Positions 19,194-29,511 of a stretch of DNA of 64,000 nt are shown in pieces; positions within the stretch are counted from its first letter, which is position 1; each line of letters opens with the position of its first letter. This DNA comes from an uncultured Chitinophagales bacterium (lineage in GTDB: Bacteria; Bacteroidota; Bacteroidia; Chitinophagales; UBA8649), in NCBI GenBank assembly GCA_964655225.1, contig CAZZMB010000004.1, positions 14,508-78,507 of the forward strand, written 5' to 3'. Both the position numbers and the translations under genes were made by a program. Below the pieces are notes generated by a model that searched no databases, was not told where the DNA came from, and worked only from the letters and a program-made list of their open reading frames with translations.

Positions 19194-20846
19194 TTATACC
19201 TTCAATCCAAACTCATCAGCTGTATCACTTGCAATATCATACCCAGCATCATTATGTCTTATCACGCCCATTGCAGGGTCATTATGAAGCACTCTACTTA
19301 ATCGCTCATGAGCATCTTGTGTCCCGTCCGCTACGATAACCATACCCGCATGCAAGGAATATCCCATACCTACGCCACCTCCATGATGGAAGCTTACCCA
19401 ACTCGCACCACCAGCTGTATTGATCAAGGCATTCAAAATCGGCCAATCAGCAACAGCATCACTACCATCTTTCATGGCTTCTGTTTCTCTATTTGGCGAA
19501 GCAACTGAACCCGTATCGAGATGGTCACGTCCAATGACTAGAGGGGCATCTAACTCACCATTTTTAACCATTTCATTGAAAGCTAAGGCAGCTTTTTCAC
19601 GCTCTCCCATGGCCAACCAACATATTCTAGAAGGCAAACCTTGCCAAGCAATTTTTTCTGTAGCCATGTCCAACCAACGCAACAAGCCTTCATTTTCTGG
19701 AAAGAGCTCTCGAAGCTTATTATCACATTTATAAATATCTTCTGGATTACCACTTAAGGCTACAAATCTGAAAGGTCCACTTCCTTTGCAAAATAATGGA
19801 CGAATGTATGCAGGTACGAATCCAGGAAAGTCAAATGCATTTAGAACATCTCGACGATCTTTTGCCTGACCTCTTAAATTGTTTCCATAATCGAAGGTTA
19901 TTGTTCCTCTTTTTTGCAATTCCAACATTAACTTAACATGATGCGACATGGTGTTCAATGAAAGCTCTTTGTATTTTTCAGGATTAGTTTCCCTTAGCTT
20001 AGTGGCATCTTCTACAGACATATCTTCAGGGAAATAGCCGATTAACTCATCATGAGCAGAGGTTTGATCGGTTAAAGTATCTACTTTAATATCTCTGTCT
20101 AGTAATCTTTGTAATAAATCAACAGCATTGCATACTACTCCTATGGATACAGCCTCTCCATTCTTTTTTGCTTCTAAGGCCATATCGATACCTTCATCGA
20201 TGTCGGTACTCATTTTATCTAAATAACGAGTTTCCAGCCTTTTTTTCACACGCCATTCTTCCATTTCGGCTATTAGCGCTACACCTTCATTCATAGTAAT
20301 TGCTAAGGGTTGTGCGCCGCCCATACCGCCCAATCCAGCAGTGACATTTAGTTTTCCTTTTAAGGTGGGCACACCAAAATGTTTATTTGCCAAACTAAGA
20401 TAAGTCTCATAAGTCCCTTGAACTATCCCTTGTGTACCTATATATATCCAGGATCCCGCGGTCATTTGACCGTACATCATTAATCCCTTTGCTTCCAATT
20501 CATTAAAATGCTCCCAATTGGCCCATTTACCCACTAAATTAGAGTTAGCAATAATCACTCGCGGCGCATCTTTATGAGAGCGCATGATTCCGACTGGTTT
20601 ACCACTTTGAACCAACAAGGTTTCGTCATTCTCTAATTCCTTAAGGCTTGATAATATTTTTTCAAAGGATTCCCAATTACGTGCGGCTTTACCTCTCCCA
20701 CCATAAACAATAAGCTCTTCCGGAAGCTCTGCTACTTCAGGATCTAAGTTGTTTTGAATCATCCGATAGGCAGCTTCTTGCACCCAACCTTTACAGCTTA
20801 ACTTATTTCCCTTAGGAGATCGCACTACTCTTGCTTGTGAATTCAT
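19194..20846 (-). CDS. hutU: Urocanate hydratase
   Basis: 550 aa with a [15 protein letters not shown]-binding motif and overall HutU-like sequence ([17 protein letters not shown]). Confidence 0.9.
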   Translation of the reverse strand: MNSQARVVRSPKGNKLSCKGWVQEAAYRMIQNNLDPEVAELPEELIVYGGRGKAARNWESFEKILSSLKELENDETLLVQSGKPVGIMRSHKDAPRVIIANSNLVGKWANWEHFNELEAKGLMMYGQMTAGSWIYIGTQGIVQGTYETYLSLANKHFGVPTLKGKLNVTAGLGGMGGAQPLAITMNEGVALIAEMEEWRVKKRLETRYLDKMSTDIDEGIDMALEAKKNGEAVSIGVVCNAVDLLQRLLDRDIKVDTLTDQTSAHDELIGYFPEDMSVEDATKLRETNPEKYKELSLNTMSHHVKLMLELQKRGTITFDYGNNLRGQAKDRRDVLNAFDFPGFVPAYIRPLFCKGSGPFRFVALSGNPEDIYKCDNKLRELFPENEGLLRWLDMATEKIAWQGLPSRICWLAMGEREKAALAFNEMVKNGELDAPLVIGRDHLDTGSVASPNRETEAMKDGSDAVADWPILNALINTAGGASWVSFHHGGGVGMGYSLHAGMVIVADGTQDAHERLSRVLHNDPAMGVIRHNDAGYDIASDTADEFGLKV

Positions 20847-20908
20847 TTAATTGAGATTTATTGGTTTGTTAACGTTATCTATTGTAAACATATCATCATC
20901 GGAAATGT

Positions 20909-21292
20909 TTAGGCAAATGTCCAAAGGTAATTTGCTGTAAAATTCCATAGCATAAAGAAAATCATAGCGACGACTTTGGCCTTATAAAAGCTTAAGAACT
21001 TCCATTTTTCATCTAAAAGATAAATGATGCCATTTACCATGGCTAGTCCTAATAATGCAATTGAACCAAATTGAATCATCTGCTTCAACCACTGTGGATT
21101 ACTATCTTGGAATGTCCAGGCTTTATTGATGAAAAATCTAAAAATAATTCCTAGGAAAAATCCGAGAGTGTTGGCTGTATACTTTTTTAAAACCAACTTC
21201 TCTTTCAAGATCCAAGTGGATAGCATATCAATGCCGAAACCTATTCCTCCAACTGTAAAGAATTTTAAAAATGTCAGCCAAAAAGCATTCAT
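20909..21292 (-). CDS. GtrA family membrane protein
   Basis: 127 aa, 4 TM, with FLKFFTVGGIGFGIDM and RFFINKAWTF motifs. Confidence 0.7.
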   Translation of the reverse strand: MNAFWLTFLKFFTVGGIGFGIDMLSTWILKEKLVLKKYTANTLGFFLGIIFRFFINKAWTFQDSNPQWLKQMIQFGSIALLGLAMVNGIIYLLDEKWKFLSFYKAKVVAMIFFMLWNFTANYLWTFA

Positions 21293-21304
21293 TTAATTTA
21301 TCCT

Positions 21305-22402
21305 TTAAATAGTGAATCTACCGTTTTCATATACTTTCTCACCATCTGCAAAAATTTCTCCTCCATTGGTCATATCGGCAATCATATCCCAATGTATACT
21401 TGAGTTGTTTTTACCTCCACACTGGTGATAACTTTGCCCAATTGCCATATGTATGGTCCCTCCAATTTTTTCATCAAATAGTATATTTTTAGTAAACTGT
21501 TGAATGTTGAAATTAGTCCCTACTGCAGCTTCCCCGAAATGGCGAGCACCTGGAATATCAAAAATCTTGTCTAGAAATTCTTTACCTCTTTTTGCATCCC
21601 ATTTAATTATCTCTCCATTCTTGACTTCTAAGCGAATATCTTCAACTTCGGTCCCCATATATATGCTAGGGTGAGAGAATCGTACAATTCCATTTACAGA
21701 ATCTTCAACAGGTGCGGTATAAACCTCGCCAGAAGGCATATTCGTTTTCCCATCACTATTTATCCAGATTCTATCTTCGGTGCTGAAGCTTATGTCTATA
21801 CCATTCCCTTTATAATGAACCTTCTTGCAGGTATTCAGATGGTCTACAATACTTTGTTGTGTATTACTTAATTTTTGCCATTCAGCGATAGGGTCATCAT
21901 AGTTAAGGTTGCAAGCACCAAAAACAAAATCTTGATATTCACTCAAACTCATGCCTGCTTCTTGCGCACTTGCTTGAGTAGGGAATTGACATAAGCTTCT
22001 GCGTAACTCATAGGTACCTGTTCTTGCCATATAGGTTTTCATCATTGGCCGTCTTGCCGCACTGGCGACTTTTCTTTTTTCTGCATCCACATTCTGCCCA
22101 TCTTTTAAGTTAAATGGTGCCCGAACGACTAGGTAACAATCGAAGGTTTCCATTATTTGTTCCATAAACGGATTGACAAACTCCAGTTGATGTTGTCCTG
22201 CATTATCCAAAAATAATTTATGCTGTTCTTGAATTTCAATATCTAAAAAAGGATGTCCACCAGCCAAATAAATTTCTTTTATAAGCTCTTGCAAGAGTGG
22301 TTCAGCAAGATATGTGGATTTAACAAAAACCTTATCTCCTTTGCTTACTTGTAAGCAATAAGTCGTAAGAAGTTTAGCATACTTTTCATAGATTGTCTTC
22401 AT
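21305..22402 (-). CDS. M29 family aminopeptidase (AmpS/PepS-like)
   Basis: 365 aa with YAKLLTTYCLQV..GDKV at the N-terminus and HMAIG / HWDMI metal-site-like motifs. Confidence 0.75.
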   Translation of the reverse strand: MKTIYEKYAKLLTTYCLQVSKGDKVFVKSTYLAEPLLQELIKEIYLAGGHPFLDIEIQEQHKLFLDNAGQHQLEFVNPFMEQIMETFDCYLVVRAPFNLKDGQNVDAEKRKVASAARRPMMKTYMARTGTYELRRSLCQFPTQASAQEAGMSLSEYQDFVFGACNLNYDDPIAEWQKLSNTQQSIVDHLNTCKKVHYKGNGIDISFSTEDRIWINSDGKTNMPSGEVYTAPVEDSVNGIVRFSHPSIYMGTEVEDIRLEVKNGEIIKWDAKRGKEFLDKIFDIPGARHFGEAAVGTNFNIQQFTKNILFDEKIGGTIHMAIGQSYHQCGGKNNSSIHWDMIADMTNGGEIFADGEKVYENGRFTI

Positions 22403-22540
22403 ATATCAATATTAGAGTAATTTAAAAAGTTGAAGATACAATTACTTATAGGATTGCCCAAAAATCAGAAGATGTACAAGTAAAGGAATTCAATAATTTT
22501 TTATACTTTGCATACATAATAGAATTAAAACTAAGGAGTC

Positions 22541-23152
22541 ATGATAATTATTGGAATTGCTGGAGGTACAGGTTCGGGGAAAACAACTGTTGTAAATAAA
22601 ATTATGAGTGTTATTCCAGAGGGTCATGTTGCCGTATTGGGTCAAGACTCTTACTATCAAGATAATTCCAAAGTTAGTTTTGAAGAGCGACAAAAAGTCA
22701 ACTATGATCATCCTCGATCAATCGATTTTGAGCTACTTATTCAGCACATCAATGATTTGAAAGCAGGCAAGAAAATTCATGAACCCATATATTCATACCT
22801 TACGCATAGCAGAACAGATGATTATAAAGTGATTCATCCCAAAGATGTAATTATTATTGAAGGCATATTAGTCTTCACAAATGAAGAGTTACGCAAGTTA
22901 TGTGACATTAAAATATTTGTTCACGCGGATGCTGATGAACGATTAATAAGACGAATGAGGCGAGATATTACTGAGCGTGGACGAGATATTAACGAAGTCT
23001 TGAATCGGTATGAAACAATGCTCAAGCCGATGCATAACCAATTCATAGAACCTACCATGAAGTATGCTGATATTATCGTTCCTGTAGGTGGAGATAATGT
23101 TGTAGCTATTGATGTCCTGGCTTCTATGATAAAAGATAAACTTAAGACTTAA
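22541..23152 (+). CDS. udk: Uridine kinase
   Basis: GIAGGTGSGKTT P-loop, NYDHPRS, and IIIEGIL motifs. Confidence 0.9.
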   Translation: MIIIGIAGGTGSGKTTVVNKIMSVIPEGHVAVLGQDSYYQDNSKVSFEERQKVNYDHPRSIDFELLIQHINDLKAGKKIHEPIYSYLTHSRTDDYKVIHPKDVIIIEGILVFTNEELRKLCDIKIFVHADADERLIRRMRRDITERGRDINEVLNRYETMLKPMHNQFIEPTMKYADIIVPVGGDNVVAIDVLASMIKDKLKT

Positions 23153-23157
23153 GGCGG

Positions 23158-26100
23158 TTAATTTTCTTTTTTCTTTTTGCCTTTATCTTTATCAAAATCC
23201 ATTACTTCCTGCGGTACTCCAGTATTATTTGAGCCACTTGACGGAGATGAGTTAGGTTTAGAAAACTCATTTTTACCCTTATCTTTCCCTTTGTTTTTTC
23301 CTTTCCCTTGATTTTTTTCGAAATTCAATATTTCCTGCGGTAAACTCAAATTGCTGGGACTTGAGACATCTTGTTCAAGTTTGGCAGGTACTCCTTCTTC
23401 TGAATTTTCATTTATCGGTTTAACTTTTGTAGGGTCAGGTGGAGGTAAAGTTCCTCCATCTTCCAAAATTTTCATTCTTTGGATAAAAGCGAGCGCTTTC
23501 ATTTCCTTAATACCCGTATACGTATAGAAACTTCCATCATCTCCCTGAATTTTTCGCTTTTCAGGTTTCATCATATTAATTCTTTCAATAATATCCCTAA
23601 ATGAAGAAGCGACCTCCATTAAATTAGTCGTATAGGTTATGTATACAAAGTCATTATATTCTGTTTTTAGGTATATATTCATGTAGTCTGAGCCCATTCT
23701 ATGTCCAAATTCAAGATAACCGTTAATCTTTTTATGGATTCCTCTATCGCCAATAAAAGAGAGTCCAAATTGCCCCTCTGATCGAAAAATTCTTTCAGTG
23801 GGGTAGTACTTCATGTTCACATCGGTAAATATCATGGAACTTTTTAAGTCTTTCGGCTTCTTAAAGGTGCCCGTAAGAGACAATTCATCCTGCATTTTCG
23901 CAAAAGATTTTGCCTCCAAAAATTCTGCCCAGTGAGCAAGTAAATCTTCGTCATAGTAAACATCCTTTCTTCCAAAATTATCTTCCAATAAGTAATATCC
24001 CATTTTATCTAGGATAGCACCATCAAAATCTAAAGGCAAAGAAATACTTACATTAAAACTATACTCATCTTCAGTTAAATCTGTTCTAATTTGCCCTGCT
24101 AATTTTTCTTTCACTGCACCATAATTCAAAGAAAAATCCATACTCCCTTCTCCTTTTATGATATTCTCAGAGGGAAGGAATTCCAATAGATTACCTTTTA
24201 TTGGACCATCACTGTTTATTTTTTCTGCTTGCCCAAAAGTGTAGCGTTGAGTTTTAGCATCGTGTTTTAAAATTCCATCCACTTCCAGCAATGCGACATC
24301 TAAGGGGCCAATTTGATTATTCAAGATATTGGTATATATAGGGTTTGCTGCAATAGGATTAATGAATACTCCGGTGCGTAAGCGTTTCCCTTCAGGATTT
24401 TTTACACCATCAATGGTTAAATCAAGGCTATCGGGGTCAACATTACCGTCAATTTGAAGGAAATTTGATGCGACATATTCATTTTTGAAATCTACTTTTA
24501 CAAATCCATTAATTTTTACATCATTCAAGCTTGAGTATACATCTACATCTCCGTAAAACTGGACATCTGGATAAACAATAAAACTATCGGCTTTAGTAAT
24601 TAAACCTCGTGCATGAAGAATATTTTCAGGCTTAGGTCCCTTTTTCTTATCCATCTTGCTCGAGTCGGCTAGAATAGCCTCAATTTTTGTGAGCTTAAGA
24701 TATTGTGTAGGGATATTTTTAGTTTCGTACTTGTATAGACCAGTACCGGTAAAATCGTTTTTACCATGAATAGTAATCGTCACGTCCTCCATGATATGTC
24801 GCTTACTTTCTGCACTTGCTTCAATAGTAGCTTGTGTTAATGTCTCCATGCGCGCTTCGGGATAAATAGAAACTTTTCCATCATGAGGAATAACTCGACT
24901 ATCTGCTATAAATATTTGAGTAACACCGCTAGCTTCAATGATGGATTCTTCCAAGCTATAATCTGCATTGGTAGCGATAAAGGATAAAGAATCTTGACTA
25001 GATTTTAAGGAGGTGAAAGGAGCACCTGCGCTTCCTTCGGGAACAGAAAACTCTAATTTTTTATTATCAATATCCCAAAAGAATTCATCAATAGTGGTGA
25101 CATATTGATTGTAGTTAAATTCTGTGCGATTTTCATTGGTATTGGATTTGAAGTATCCAGTATTTTCAGTGAAATCAACATATGCATTAACATTTGGAGT
25201 ATTGAAGTTTACCTTATCTCCATCAATCGTTTTAATTTTTAATGCGGCAGAATCAGCTAACAACTCTGTTGATTTAAATCTAAATCGATTAGAAGTCAAT
25301 TGGCCATCATCCCAATCAATTAGTCCAGCACCATGTACAGCTTTTTTTGTAATCTCTATTTGCCCATTTAACTGTGTCTTATTATTAAACATATTGAAAG
25401 GACTTGTTGGGCCTGAGTATGCAATCATGCTATCTAAATAAGGGAACCACTCCACAGAACTGTATGTGTTATTAACCTCTGGTGCTTCATACAGGCCTTC
25501 AGATTCTTCAATTGTAAATCTATCAGTTGCTGCCAAAAGCGAGTCAGGGTAGTATTTAATATGACCCGATTCGAATTTTGTGGTTTGGAATCCTACTAGC
25601 CCAGAGCCTGTTAAACCTTTATTATCAAGCGCTAGCTCACCAGCAGACATACCTTTGCCGCCGTATACGGGCAGTCCTTCTAAGGGGGTTGAAACTTGGA
25701 ATCCCAATGATAAATCATCTTGTAGGCGTAAAGGTTGGTCAATATTAGGAAAAATTCCTCCAGAATATAATTGACCATTAAATTTTAAATTTTGCTGGTT
25801 TATATGCATCAAAGAATCGATGATAAATGGACTTATCTCATAATAGAAATCTTCTTTTTTATAAGCTCCACCTCCAATTTTGATATCTTCATAAAAGACT
25901 TTACTGGATGATTTTGATTCAAAAATTGGGAACTGTGCTAAATCTGAATTCCCGGATTTGTTAATGGGTAAATTTATTTTAAGACTACCTGATAGTTCTG
26001 ATAAGGTTGATTTAATGGGCCGTAAAACAGCTTGTCCATATTGATTAAGTTTATCCCCATCAGGTATGTTTATGATAAGGGTATCAATTTGAGGGAGTTC

Positions 26101-27936
26101 CATGGTGAAATCATCGTAAATAAAGTGATTATCAGTTCCAAAGAAGTCCATACGGCCAGAGAAGAACATACCATTAAAAAGCATATTTCTATTTTTTTCG
26201 ATAGTAATCTTTTGACTATCAGGAAAAAATAAAGTTGAATTAGCTATACTAATTGGTATTTTCTTTACGCCTTCTAGATTTAATGATTTGCTGTCTATAT
26301 TTATGCTTGCATTTTTCACCTTATTATTGGAAAGAAAAGCGATGTTATCATAATCTTTTTTCTCAGCATTTGCCAATACATAGTGACTTACTTTTGGCTT
26401 TATTTCGATTTTTTCAGATTTTTCATCATAGGTAATAAAACCCTCTTGGACTAGATTAAAAATGACAGGCTTAACTTGTTGAACAGTCAAGTTGGGGGAT
26501 ATTTGTTGAGCAAAATCGTAAGCATATATATAATTTTGCATGTTTGTCTCTGAATATATTCGAAGAATAGATAAAGGATCATAATTTACATTACCTCTTA
26601 AATCTTTCATTTTTTGCTTGCTAAAATATTCCTTAGACTCAAAACTAGCAGCTTTTAAGCCAGATGAGCTTAGTGTGCTCAAATTAATTTCATTTTCATC
26701 AAGCTTCCAAGTAATAACATCAACTTTAAAATCTAATTTATGGTAGGAATTAAAAAAACTATACTTCGTTATATTACCATCATTTTTGATCAGTTTTATT
26801 GAATTATTGGATATATCATAAGACAAATCTATACGTGGATGGTGAATTGAGTCCTCATCAAAATATAAAGAAATTTCAGCATTACTACTACTAATTTTTT
26901 CGGGTAGATTGATTGTTATTGAATTTGTTAGGGCTCGCAGTATTTTTTGTTTTGAATTTTTTTTGTAAATAAATAGTTCAGCAGGCTCTCCACCACTACT
27001 TCCCAATATTTTGGAACCCGCTAAAGTAAATCCACCATAATATATTACATTAGGCGTTAGTTGCTGGGGTGGTACATTTTCCTTTTGCGCAGAAAACCGA
27101 GGAAATCTTGTGGTTTCAGGATTAGCAGAACTAACCATTTTGTCTTCTAGCCTTCCTATAATACTTGATTCGAAATAATCTTTGTAAGTAAACATCACTT
27201 CTTCAATAACATACTCTTGACTTTTTAGGTCGACCTCATAGGCACCAAACAAAGCTCTAACCTCAGCGTCCGGGAGACCGGCTCGCTCCCAATTCACCTT
27301 TCCTTTTGACCCATTCCATTTGTGCGTGGTGTAGTCATAGATTCCCGAAGTATTAAGTATTTTTATGGAGTCTCCAACTGTTTTGCCAATCAAATGGCCT
27401 GCATTAAGCGTTACAATTGGCCCATTTTCATTAATACTTAGCGTAAACTGATTGGAACTTAACTTCCATATTTTCCCTCTACTAAACCACAATGCATTTT
27501 CGCGAAAAAGAGGAATAGTAAACTCAATAAAGTCTAAAATTAATTTACTATCTCCAGGTGTTGCATTATCCATTAATGCCATCAAAGTCTGCTGAAATTG
27601 ACTCCATTGATTGGGTGCCAATGGGATTTCATTGAGAGTCAGGTAATACTTTAATAATTTTTGAAGCTGCGGATAAGCCTTGCCTCTAAGTTTCAGCATT
27701 TTATTACTGGACTCTATAAGATCATCTATGACATTATCTGCTATTAAATTTTGCTTAAGCTTGGCGTCAAACTCCTTGAATAGGTCTTTTAATTCTGATC
27801 GATTAGTGGCCTCGAATTTTTGCTTTAGTGCTATTACAAATGCTTCCTTGTTTGTTGGTAAGGTATCGATGATTTGTCCTTTCACCGAAGGTATAAGTAA
27901 CCACGAAATGATAAATAGTAAAATTACATTTTTCAT
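23158..27936 (-). CDS. 1592-aa secreted protein of unknown function with a Lys/Gly-rich repetitive C-terminal tail
   Basis: Signal peptide MKNVILLFIISWLLIPSVKGQ. I recognise no catalytic motifs and no T9SS CTD. It is rich in N/S/T/Y/F, suggesting beta-structure. It starts 4 nt after the prmA stop, at the end of a glmU-like/tpiA/prmA co-directional string. Confidence 0.6.
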   Translation of the reverse strand: MKNVILLFIISWLLIPSVKGQIIDTLPTNKEAFVIALKQKFEATNRSELKDLFKEFDAKLKQNLIADNVIDDLIESSNKMLKLRGKAYPQLQKLLKYYLTLNEIPLAPNQWSQFQQTLMALMDNATPGDSKLILDFIEFTIPLFRENALWFSRGKIWKLSSNQFTLSINENGPIVTLNAGHLIGKTVGDSIKILNTSGIYDYTTHKWNGSKGKVNWERAGLPDAEVRALFGAYEVDLKSQEYVIEEVMFTYKDYFESSIIGRLEDKMVSSANPETTRFPRFSAQKENVPPQQLTPNVIYYGGFTLAGSKILGSSGGEPAELFIYKKNSKQKILRALTNSITINLPEKISSSNAEISLYFDEDSIHHPRIDLSYDISNNSIKLIKNDGNITKYSFFNSYHKLDFKVDVITWKLDENEINLSTLSSSGLKAASFESKEYFSKQKMKDLRGNVNYDPLSILRIYSETNMQNYIYAYDFAQQISPNLTVQQVKPVIFNLVQEGFITYDEKSEKIEIKPKVSHYVLANAEKKDYDNIAFLSNNKVKNASINIDSKSLNLEGVKKIPISIANSTLFFPDSQKITIEKNRNMLFNGMFFSGRMDFFGTDNHFIYDDFTMELPQIDTLIINIPDGDKLNQYGQAVLRPIKSTLSELSGSLKINLPINKSGNSDLAQFPIFESKSSSKVFYEDIKIGGGAYKKEDFYYEISPFIIDSLMHINQQNLKFNGQLYSGGIFPNIDQPLRLQDDLSLGFQVSTPLEGLPVYGGKGMSAGELALDNKGLTGSGLVGFQTTKFESGHIKYYPDSLLAATDRFTIEESEGLYEAPEVNNTYSSVEWFPYLDSMIAYSGPTSPFNMFNNKTQLNGQIEITKKAVHGAGLIDWDDGQLTSNRFRFKSTELLADSAALKIKTIDGDKVNFNTPNVNAYVDFTENTGYFKSNTNENRTEFNYNQYVTTIDEFFWDIDNKKLEFSVPEGSAGAPFTSLKSSQDSLSFIATNADYSLEESIIEASGVTQIFIADSRVIPHDGKVSIYPEARMETLTQATIEASAESKRHIMEDVTITIHGKNDFTGTGLYKYETKNIPTQYLKLTKIEAILADSSKMDKKKGPKPENILHARGLITKADSFIVYPDVQFYGDVDVYSSLNDVKINGFVKVDFKNEYVASNFLQIDGNVDPDSLDLTIDGVKNPEGKRLRTGVFINPIAANPIYTNILNNQIGPLDVALLEVDGILKHDAKTQRYTFGQAEKINSDGPIKGNLLEFLPSENIIKGEGSMDFSLNYGAVKEKLAGQIRTDLTEDEYSFNVSISLPLDFDGAILDKMGYYLLEDNFGRKDVYYDEDLLAHWAEFLEAKSFAKMQDELSLTGTFKKPKDLKSSMIFTDVNMKYYPTERIFRSEGQFGLSFIGDRGIHKKINGYLEFGHRMGSDYMNIYLKTEYNDFVYITYTTNLMEVASSFRDIIERINMMKPEKRKIQGDDGSFYTYTGIKEMKALAFIQRMKILEDGGTLPPPDPTKVKPINENSEEGVPAKLEQDVSSPSNLSLPQEILNFEKNQGKGKNKGKDKGKNEFSKPNSSPSSGSNNTGVPQEVMDFDKDKGKKKKEN

Positions 27937-27940
27937 ATGA

Positions 27941-28771
27941 TTATGATTTAGAGTAGTGCAAGGCTACCCAATTTTCTTGGTTTTTCCGATTCACAAAAAT
28001 CAAATCTAGTGAATGGGCTAATGTTTTTATTTCTTCCTCTTGATTTAATAGGATACCGCTAAGTAAAATGTCTCCTTTAGGTGTTAACAACGAGATAAGT
28101 TTGCCTAAATTTTCCTTAATAGTATTCGTTGTTACATTAGCTAGAATAATTTCATATTTTTTAACAGGAACTTGTGCCAGTTCTCCATGATGGGGATGAA
28201 TCTTTGTACATTTATTGATTTGAGCGTTTTCAATAGTATTTAGATATGCCGGTTCTTCAATATCGTTGGCTTGAATTTCATTTGCCCCCATTTTCTCTGC
28301 AAGCAAACTTAATATACCCGTACCACATCCAAAATCTAAGACCAACTTGTCTTTGAAACTCATTGAAAGCATAATCGACATGACCATTGCAGTTGTGGCG
28401 TGATGCCCTGTACCAAATGCCATTTTGGGCTCAATGACTAATTCATATTTCACCGGCTGACTTGGATGAAATGAAGCCCTCACTAGGCAGTCATTTCCAA
28501 TTTTAATGGCTTTGAAGTTTTTTTCCCATTCTTGATTCCAGTTTTTGTTTTTAAGAATTCCAACGGTGTATTCAAGGCCTTTTAGGAAAGATAAAGAATT
28601 CAAGGTTTCTTGAAGCTTTTCCTCCCTAAAATTAGCATTATTAATATATGCATTCAGGGTATTTGTATCGAGTTCTTCGAAAGAATCGAATTGTAATTGA
28701 TCTAAATATGCAATGAGTAAGTCGTTCTTGCCATTGGTATTTGTCAATTGAATGAGTTTATATTCAGGCAT
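27941..28771 (-). CDS. prmA: Ribosomal protein L11 methyltransferase
   Basis: VLDFGCGTGILS SAM motif and FGTGHHATT motif. 276 aa. Confidence 0.85.
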   Translation of the reverse strand: MPEYKLIQLTNTNGKNDLLIAYLDQLQFDSFEELDTNTLNAYINNANFREEKLQETLNSLSFLKGLEYTVGILKNKNWNQEWEKNFKAIKIGNDCLVRASFHPSQPVKYELVIEPKMAFGTGHHATTAMVMSIMLSMSFKDKLVLDFGCGTGILSLLAEKMGANEIQANDIEEPAYLNTIENAQINKCTKIHPHHGELAQVPVKKYEIILANVTTNTIKENLGKLISLLTPKGDILLSGILLNQEEEIKTLAHSLDLIFVNRKNQENWVALHYSKS

Positions 28772-29511
28772 CAGAGTGCATTGATAATCTGAAGAAAATC
28801 GGATGCATTTAAAGAGGCACCTCCGACTAAAGCACCATCAATATCTTTTTGTTGGAATAATTCAGTTGCATTTGAAGGTTTCACACTGCCACCATAGACG
28901 ATACTCATGTGATTGGCGGTTTCCTCATCATATAATGATCGAAGTAATTTTCTTATAAAAGCGTGGACTTCTTGAGCTTGATCGGCAGACGCGGTTTCTC
29001 CTGTTCCAATCGCCCATATAGGCTCATAGGCAATAATGCTATCCAATGCGGCCTCTTTATCCACTCCACTTAAAGCTGCTTTTATCTGTTCCTCTATAAA
29101 GGGTAGGTATTCTTTTGATTGACGGAGGGTTAAGCTTTCTCCGCAGCAAATAATAGGTACAATATCACTTAGTAAGGCCTGTTTAATCTTGGCATTCACT
29201 GTCTCATCATTTTCGTTAAAATGTGTTCTTCTTTCGGAATGCCCTATAACCACAAATTCGGCACCTAAAGATTGTAACATTTGACTTGATATCTCTCCTG
29301 TATAAGCACCGTTTTCATATTGACAAAGATTTTGAGCGCCAACAGCGATGCGATCATCAACTATTTCTTGAATGACTCCTAAATGGGTGTAGGGCACACA
29401 GATTATGGTAGAATTGTCGCCTAATCCTTCCTTTAAGTCAATCACCAAATTGATAGCTTCATCGATGGTTGTATTCATTTTCCAATTCCCAATTACTACT
29501 TTCTTACTCAT
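28771..29511 (-). CDS. tpiA: Triosephosphate isomerase
   Basis: GNWKMN, VIGHSERR, and AYEPIWAIGTG motifs. Confidence 0.95.
   Translation of the reverse strand: MSKKVVIGNWKMNTTIDEAINLVIDLKEGLGDNSTIICVPYTHLGVIQEIVDDRIAVGAQNLCQYENGAYTGEISSQMLQSLGAEFVVIGHSERRTHFNENDETVNAKIKQALLSDIVPIICCGESLTLRQSKEYLPFIEEQIKAALSGVDKEAALDSIIAYEPIWAIGTGETASADQAQEVHAFIRKLLRSLYDEETANHMSIVYGGSVKPSNATELFQQKDIDGALVGGASLNASDFLQIINAL

Noticed and set aside
19194-20846. hutU without neighbouring hutH/hutI/hutG as a possibly repurposed enzyme.
   Set aside because: The sequence looks like a standard urocanate hydratase. The other hut genes may simply lie outside this window, and nothing in the sequence itself is unusual.
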